Source of the DNA: Polyangiaceae bacterium
GTDB taxonomy: Bacteria; Myxococcota_A; Polyangia; Polyangiales; Polyangiaceae
Assembly (NCBI GenBank): GCA_044376115.1
Contig: JBILLK010000009.1
Coordinates: 160,001-224,000 of the forward strand
DNA length: 64,000 bases
Reading direction: 5' to 3'
The notes under the pieces were generated by a model. That model did not search any database and was not told where the DNA came from. It was given only the letters and a program-made list of their open reading frames with translations. Below are positions 58,685 through 64,000 of this stretch, in pieces. The first letter of the stretch is position 1. The number at the start of each line of letters is the position of its first letter. The position numbers and the translations under genes were made by a program.

Positions 58685-61060
58685 GTGGCCAAGGTAAAGC
58701 TGCTCGACCCTTCGGATCCTCGCCGCAAGCTCGACCGCTACGAGTTGATTGGGGAAATCGCCACGGGCGGTATGGCGACCGTGTTTCTGGCGCGTCGCGG
58801 TGGCGCCGGCGGTTTTCAGCGCTTTGTCGCCATCAAGCGGTTGCATCCGCATCTGCAAGGGGAGCCCGAGTTCGTTGAGATGTTTCTCGATGAGGCGCGG
58901 CTCGCCGCGCTGATTCACCACCCCAACGTGGTGCCGATCCTGGAGGTTGGTGAGTCGGAGGCTGGCTACTACCTCGTGATGGAGTACGTCGAGGGTGACA
59001 CGCTCTCCAAGATCGTCGCTCGGGCGATGTCGCTCGGGCAGATGCCTCCTCGCCAGGTGATCCTGCGCATGATGTTGGATGCGCTCGCTGGCCTGCATGC
59101 GGCGCACGAGCTGCGAGATGAGCGTGGGCAGTTGCTTGGCCTTGTGCACCGCGATTGTTCACCGCAGAACGTCTTGATCGGCGTGGACGGCACGGCGCGC
59201 ATCACTGACTTCGGCGTCGCTCGCGCCTCCAGCCGCTTGACCTCCACCGCGCACGGCAAGCTCAAGGGCAAGCTCGCGTACATGGCGCCCGAGCAAACGC
59301 GCGGGGACGAGCTGGATCGGCGCACGGATCTGTTCGCGATGGGCATCATCTTGTGGGAGGTCTTGTGCGGCAAACGCCTGTTCAAGGCCGACAACGAGGC
59401 CGCCACGTTGCAGCGCATCTTGGTCGAGGCGATTCGCCCGCCGAGTCAGGTCAACGCAGACATTCCCCCTTCGTTCGATGCGGTGGTCTTGCGCGCGCTC
59501 GATCGGCAGCCGGAAAAACGCTACCAAACGGCCGCTGACTTCGCTGATGCGCTCGAGGCCGCGGGCCGCGAGGCGGCCAAGCTGTCGGTGTCGGACGTGG
59601 GTGTGGCCTCGCCTCGTGAGGTCGCGAGCTACGTCCAACAGATCCTCGGCCAGGAGATCGGCGCTCAGCGTGAGAGCGTTCGAGCGTGGCTCGCGCAAAG
59701 TGATTCGGGGCAAGAGGTGATCATCACCGGCGCGCCGCGAACGCCGGTTCCGGCGCGAGACGGCTCGGCTCCGGTCGCGGCGGTACCGCGCGCCGATGCA
59801 GTGCCCAACCTCCGCTACGAGGTCGCGGCTGACGTGACGATGCGCTTTGCGCTCGAGAGCAAGAAGGAAGCGGCGTTACCATCCCCGGCTCCGCCGCCGC
59901 CTTCCTCCGCTACCAAACCTGCTCCGCTTCCCCCTCCGCCTGAGTCGCAGCGCGCCGTCCCTCCTCCTCCGCGCCCGCCGCCGCCGCCGAAACCCAGCCA
60001 GCCAACCTTGCTCGGTCAGGGGCCTCCGCTCCGTGACGGCCAGGTGATGAGCGCGCCGGTGCCCGCCGCCGGTCGCCCCGTCGAGAAAGATCCGCCGGCT
60101 ACACAGAAGGGACTCGGCGTTGAGTCTGAAGGCTTCGGCGGTGGGGATCTCGATGATGATCTCGGGGAGGACGCAGTCACGGTCGCGCGACGCACCGACG
60201 CACCGCTCTCGCTGAACCAGCCGCAGGTGAAGACGCAGCGTGGGCTCTTTGCCACGCCGGAGAAAGCACCGGTCGTTACCAACGCGGTGCAGTCGACGAA
60301 TCTCGCCAGCCTCACGCACACGCCGCGGATGCCGATGTCGCCTGAGCAAGCGGGTGTTCCAGAGGCCAAGGTGCAGATCGCGAAAGCTGCGCTTGGTGCC
60401 GGAGTTGGTTCTTCGCCGCCGGGAGCCTTGAAGCCGGGCGCAATTCAAGAAGCCGTGCCGATCGTCGAGGGGTTGCCTGCGCCGCGTACGCCGAGCACGC
60501 ACCCGCGCACGCTGGTTTCAGCCGGCGGCAACGAGGTTTCTGCAGGTGGCTTCACCCCCGGCTCGATGACGCTGCCCACGCCCTCGAGCGGGCTCGTGCC
60601 GAACGGCTATTCGGCCTCCGACGTGTCGGATCCAACGCTGGTGCACTCGCTGCCGAAGCGGCCCATTGGGCGCTACGTGGTGGTGCTCGCGGCGTTCCTG
60701 TTCGTATTCGCGGGGGGCCTTTTGTTCCTGAAGTACCGTGACTCCAGCGCGAAGTCGGTTGCACAAACCGCCGAGCCTGAAACGGCCAAACCGCGCACCA
60801 CCGCCACCGCGCAGCCCGTCCCCACCGTTCCCACACTCACGAGCTCGGCCTCCTCGACGGCCAGCACTGCGCCGAGCGCGCAAGAAACGGCCGAGCCGGT
60901 GAAGACGGCCGAACCGGAGACCACCGGTAAGCCGGGCAAAGGCCCGCGCACTAGCAAGACCGCGAAGCCGGTGGAGACGTCCACTGCCACCACGAGCAAA
61001 CCAGCGGCAACCGCCACTGCAAAGCCGTCGGGTGAAAACCTGACGAATCCCTATCGCTGA
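58685..61060 (+). CDS. Membrane-anchored Hanks-type Ser/Thr kinase
   Basis: IATGGMATVF, VAIKRL, MFLDEAR, VHRDCSPQN, DFGVA, KGKLAYMAPEQ; long Pro-rich linker, TM YVVVLAAFLFVFAGGLLFL, Thr/Pro tail ending NPYR. Confidence 0.93.
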   Translation: MAKVKLLDPSDPRRKLDRYELIGEIATGGMATVFLARRGGAGGFQRFVAIKRLHPHLQGEPEFVEMFLDEARLAALIHHPNVVPILEVGESEAGYYLVMEYVEGDTLSKIVARAMSLGQMPPRQVILRMMLDALAGLHAAHELRDERGQLLGLVHRDCSPQNVLIGVDGTARITDFGVARASSRLTSTAHGKLKGKLAYMAPEQTRGDELDRRTDLFAMGIILWEVLCGKRLFKADNEAATLQRILVEAIRPPSQVNADIPPSFDAVVLRALDRQPEKRYQTAADFADALEAAGREAAKLSVSDVGVASPREVASYVQQILGQEIGAQRESVRAWLAQSDSGQEVIITGAPRTPVPARDGSAPVAAVPRADAVPNLRYEVAADVTMRFALESKKEAALPSPAPPPPSSATKPAPLPPPPESQRAVPPPPRPPPPPKPSQPTLLGQGPPLRDGQVMSAPVPAAGRPVEKDPPATQKGLGVESEGFGGGDLDDDLGEDAVTVARRTDAPLSLNQPQVKTQRGLFATPEKAPVVTNAVQSTNLASLTHTPRMPMSPEQAGVPEAKVQIAKAALGAGVGSSPPGALKPGAIQEAVPIVEGLPAPRTPSTHPRTLVSAGGNEVSAGGFTPGSMTLPTPSSGLVPNGYSASDVSDPTLVHSLPKRPIGRYVVVLAAFLFVFAGGLLFLKYRDSSAKSVAQTAEPETAKPRTTATAQPVPTVPTLTSSASSTASTAPSAQETAEPVKTAEPETTGKPGKGPRTSKTAKPVETSTATTSKPAATATAKPSGENLTNPYR

Positions 61061-61120
61061 AGCGCGCCTCGGGCGAACGGCTCCTTGCAGTGAGCGCCGG
61101 TGCCCTGTAAAGCCAGCTCC

Positions 61121-62258
61121 ATGAGCTCGGAAACGCGGGAACGAATCGCAGACCTCAAGAGGCGCCACACGGCGCTAAGGGGGTATCTTTGACGTCCCGA
61201 GGCTTACTCGGCAGCTTGAAGATCTGAACCAAGCCACGTTGCGTCCGGGCTTCTGGAATGACAACGAATCCGCACAAAAAACGCTGCGTAAGCGCGCCCA
61301 AGCAGAAGCCAAGCTGGAGCTCGCCGAGAAGCTTGGACGTGAGCTCGTGGATCTCGAGGAGTACTTCGAGCTGGGCGTAGCGGAGGCGGATGAGTCGGTT
61401 CAGGCGGATGCTGCCCGCCAAGCCGACGCGATCGATGAGCGGCTGCGCAAGGCTGAGCTCGAGCGCATGCTCGGCGGGCCCGCGGATCGCGCCAACGCCA
61501 TCTTGACCATCCACCCGGGTGCTGGCGGTACCGACGCGAAGGATTGGGCGTCGATGCTGATGCGCATGTACATGCGCTTCGCCGAGAAGACGGGCCTCAA
61601 GGCCGAGGTGCTCGACTACCAAGAGGGCGATGAGGCCGGGATCGACGCTGTGTCGATCGCCTTCGAAGGCGAGTACGCCTACGGCAAGCTGCGCGCTGAG
61701 GTCGGTGTTCACCGGCTCGTGCGCATGAGCCCCTTCAACGCCGATCATACGCGGCAGACGGCGTTCGCCGCAGTGGACGTGACTCCCGACGTCGACGACG
61801 ACATCGACATCACGGTGCCCGACAAAGAGATCGAGATCACCACCATGCGCGCTGGCGGCAAAGGCGGTCAGAACGTCAACAAGGTGGAGACGGCCGTGCG
61901 CTTGCGCCATCACCCCACCGGCATCATGATCGTCTGCCGCGCCGAGCGCAGCCAACACCAAAACCGAGCGATGGCCATGCGTATGTTGAAGGCCAAGCTG
62001 TACGAGCTGGAGCTGCAAAAGCGGGCCGATGAAGTGGCGAACTACAACGCACAAAAGTCTGCGATCAACTTCGGCAGCCAAATTCGCAACTACGTCTTGG
62101 CGCCCTACAAGCTGGTGAAAGACGTGCGCACGGGGGCTGAAATGGGCAACGTCGAGGCAGTGCTCGACGGCGACCTCGATACCTTCATTCAGAGCTACTT
62201 GATGGCTGCGGCGGGCGGCACCCTGAAGAAGGGCGGCACCGTGGAGGACGACGCGTGA
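61121..62258 (+). CDS. prfB: Peptide chain release factor 2 (programmed +1 frameshift)
   Basis: ATG 61121 opens [26 protein letters not shown]. The +1 frame from 61191 (DVPRL...) joins the ORF with SPF, GGQ and FGSQIRNY. Confidence 0.97.
61178..61193 (+). other. RF2 frameshift cassette
   Basis: AGGGGG-TAT-CTT-TGA-C: internal SD, slippery CTT and weak TGAC stop. Confidence 0.95.
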
Positions 62259-63886
62259 GCAACGACAAGACAGCAAGCTCCGAATCCGCATTGATCGCAG
62301 CTCGCAAGGCGAAAGCCGAGCGAGTGAAGGCGCGCGGGGAGAACCCGTTTGCCAATGACGTCACCGGCGGAAGTCTCCCGCTCTCGAGCTTGGCCAGCGT
62401 GCGTGAGCACCACCAAGGCGAGCTATTGGAAGGCGGCAAATACGACAAGACGCAAGTTGTGGCGAAGGCCGCGTCCTTCCGCGTCGCGGGCCGTATTCTG
62501 TTCTTGCGCTCTTTCGGCGCGGGGGCCTTCGTTCGCCTGCGCGACCGTACGGGCGAGCTGCAGCTCTATTGTCAGGAGAGCACGCTGGGCGCTGAGTTTG
62601 GCCGGCTCGACGACCTGGATCTCGGCGACTTCGTCGAGGCCGAGGGGCTGACCACCGCGACCGATAAAGGCGAGCTCTCGCTCGACCCAACGCGGCTGCG
62701 GCTGCTGACCAAATCGCACCGTCCACTACCGACCAAGACCAGCTTCAAGGACGTCGAGCAGCGCTACCGCATGCGCTACGTGGACCTGGTCGCGAACAAG
62801 GAGGTGACGAGCACCTTCCGCGCCCGCGCTTACATCGTCGCGGCCTTGCGTGAGTTCCTCGACACCCGCGGCTTCCTCGAGGTCGAGACGCCGACCATGG
62901 GGACGATCGTCGGCGGCGCGTTGGCCAAGCCGTTCCAAACGCATCACAACGCTCTCGACATGAAGCTGTTCATGCGCATCGCGCCCGAGCTCTACCTCAA
63001 GCGCTTGGTCGTGGGCGGCTTCGAGCGCGTGTACGAGGTCGCTCGCTGCTATCGCAATGAGGGCGTGTCCACGCGGCACAACCCCGAGTTCACCATGCTC
63101 GAGTACTACCAGGCGTACGCCACCTACGAGACGTTGATGGACCAGACCGAGGAGCTCTTGCGCTTCGTCGACGCGCGGCTCGCCGAGCGTCTGCCCGCGG
63201 CGCATGCGGAGTGGGCTGCGACCCGCAACTTCACCTTTGCCTCCTTCGCCCGCGTGACGATGAAAGATCTCGTGGCCAGCGCGCTCGAGCGCTCAGGCCT
63301 TCCTGCGGATCTCCCGTCGCTGATCACGACGGAGGGAGCCCCGATCAAAGAATGGGCAAAGACGGCGAAGGAACGCGGTCGCGAGCTCGATTGGAGCAAC
63401 TTCAAGAAGGGCATGCTCAAGTGCGACAGCGACGGTGAGCGGCTGTTCGCTGCGTACGAGTACGTGGCCGAGCCCTTCTTGGTGAAGGACTATCGCAGCG
63501 CCGACGGCAAGCACTCGATCCCGGTGTTCGTGGTGGACTACCCGTTCGAGGTGTCGCCCTTGGCCCGTAAAAAAGACGCAGACGGCTCGCTCGTGGATCG
63601 CTTCGAGCTTTTCGTTGATGGGCGGGAGATCTGCAACGCCTTCAGTGAACTCAACGATCCCGAGGACCAGGCCGAGCGCTTCCGCGCGCAAGTGGACAAG
63701 AAGGCCAAAGGCGCCGATGAAACGATGGACTACGACGAGGACTACATCCGCGCGCTCGAGCACGGCATGCCGCCGGCTGCGGGCTTCGGCATGGGCGTCG
63801 ACCGCCTGGCGATGCTGCTCACCGGCAGCGCTTCGATCCGCGACGTCATCCTGTTTCCGCTGATGCGCCCTGAAGGGACCGGATGA
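62255..63886 (+). CDS. lysS: Lysyl-tRNA synthetase (class II)
   Basis: [63 protein letters not shown]. Confidence 0.97.
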   Translation: MSNDKTASSESALIAARKAKAERVKARGENPFANDVTGGSLPLSSLASVREHHQGELLEGGKYDKTQVVAKAASFRVAGRILFLRSFGAGAFVRLRDRTGELQLYCQESTLGAEFGRLDDLDLGDFVEAEGLTTATDKGELSLDPTRLRLLTKSHRPLPTKTSFKDVEQRYRMRYVDLVANKEVTSTFRARAYIVAALREFLDTRGFLEVETPTMGTIVGGALAKPFQTHHNALDMKLFMRIAPELYLKRLVVGGFERVYEVARCYRNEGVSTRHNPEFTMLEYYQAYATYETLMDQTEELLRFVDARLAERLPAAHAEWAATRNFTFASFARVTMKDLVASALERSGLPADLPSLITTEGAPIKEWAKTAKERGRELDWSNFKKGMLKCDSDGERLFAAYEYVAEPFLVKDYRSADGKHSIPVFVVDYPFEVSPLARKKDADGSLVDRFELFVDGREICNAFSELNDPEDQAERFRAQVDKKAKGADETMDYDEDYIRALEHGMPPAAGFGMGVDRLAMLLTGSASIRDVILFPLMRPEGTG

Positions 63887-64000
63887 ACACCTCTGACCCG
63901 ACGCTGCTCATTGTTTGGGCCGTTGTTGGAATTCTCTCGCTGTTTCTCGTGTGGCGCGGCTTTGTTCGTGTGACCGTTCAGGACCTGGATCTCGGTCCGG
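63883..64000 (+). CDS. 5' end (partial) of a membrane protein
   Basis: ATGA overlap with the lysS stop; [26 protein letters not shown]... stays open to the window end. Confidence 0.6.
   Translation, partial: MNTSDPTLLIVWAVVGILSLFLVWRGFVRVTVQDLDLGP

Overview
GC-rich, very compact window whose gene repertoire (eukaryotic-like Ser/Thr kinases, Gly/Cys-rich lipoproteins, TPR/beta-barrel proteins, DUF2169-pentapeptide protein, ACIII-caa3 operon) points to a myxobacterium, probably Polyangiaceae-like (inference from gene style). Left to right: (1) the end of a sulfur-handling cluster (type III SQR-like C-terminus, DUF1641-TusE fusion, DsrE2); nearby is an exported rhodanese whose ORF-track 'stop' at 5383-5385 is most likely an in-frame selenocysteine UGA (CxxxUxxC) followed by a SECIS-like hairpin, plus YghU; (2) cheA-cheW-cheW, rlmN, SDRs, lipA, an esterase and a MacAB-like exporter; (3) an alternative complex III (actABCDEF)-SCO-caa3 (A2-type) oxidase operon, with a RegA-type palindrome upstream and a RegB-like kinase at its end; (4) the best candidate for an undescribed system: three tandem, diverged, translationally coupled pairs, each a lipoprotein beta-propeller/di-heme cytochrome c peroxidase-like fusion plus a Cys/Trp-conserving partner lipoprotein of unknown function (40112-49353), preceded by a sigma-54-type promoter; (5) a branched-chain 2-oxoacid dehydrogenase E1a/E1b/E2 cluster, a TerB-like protein, two Ser/Thr kinases, a thioredoxin-TPR lipoprotein, prfB with its programmed +1 frameshift, and lysS. 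No rRNA, tRNA, CRISPR array or mobile element was recognised. All family calls come from motifs read by eye; no searches were run.
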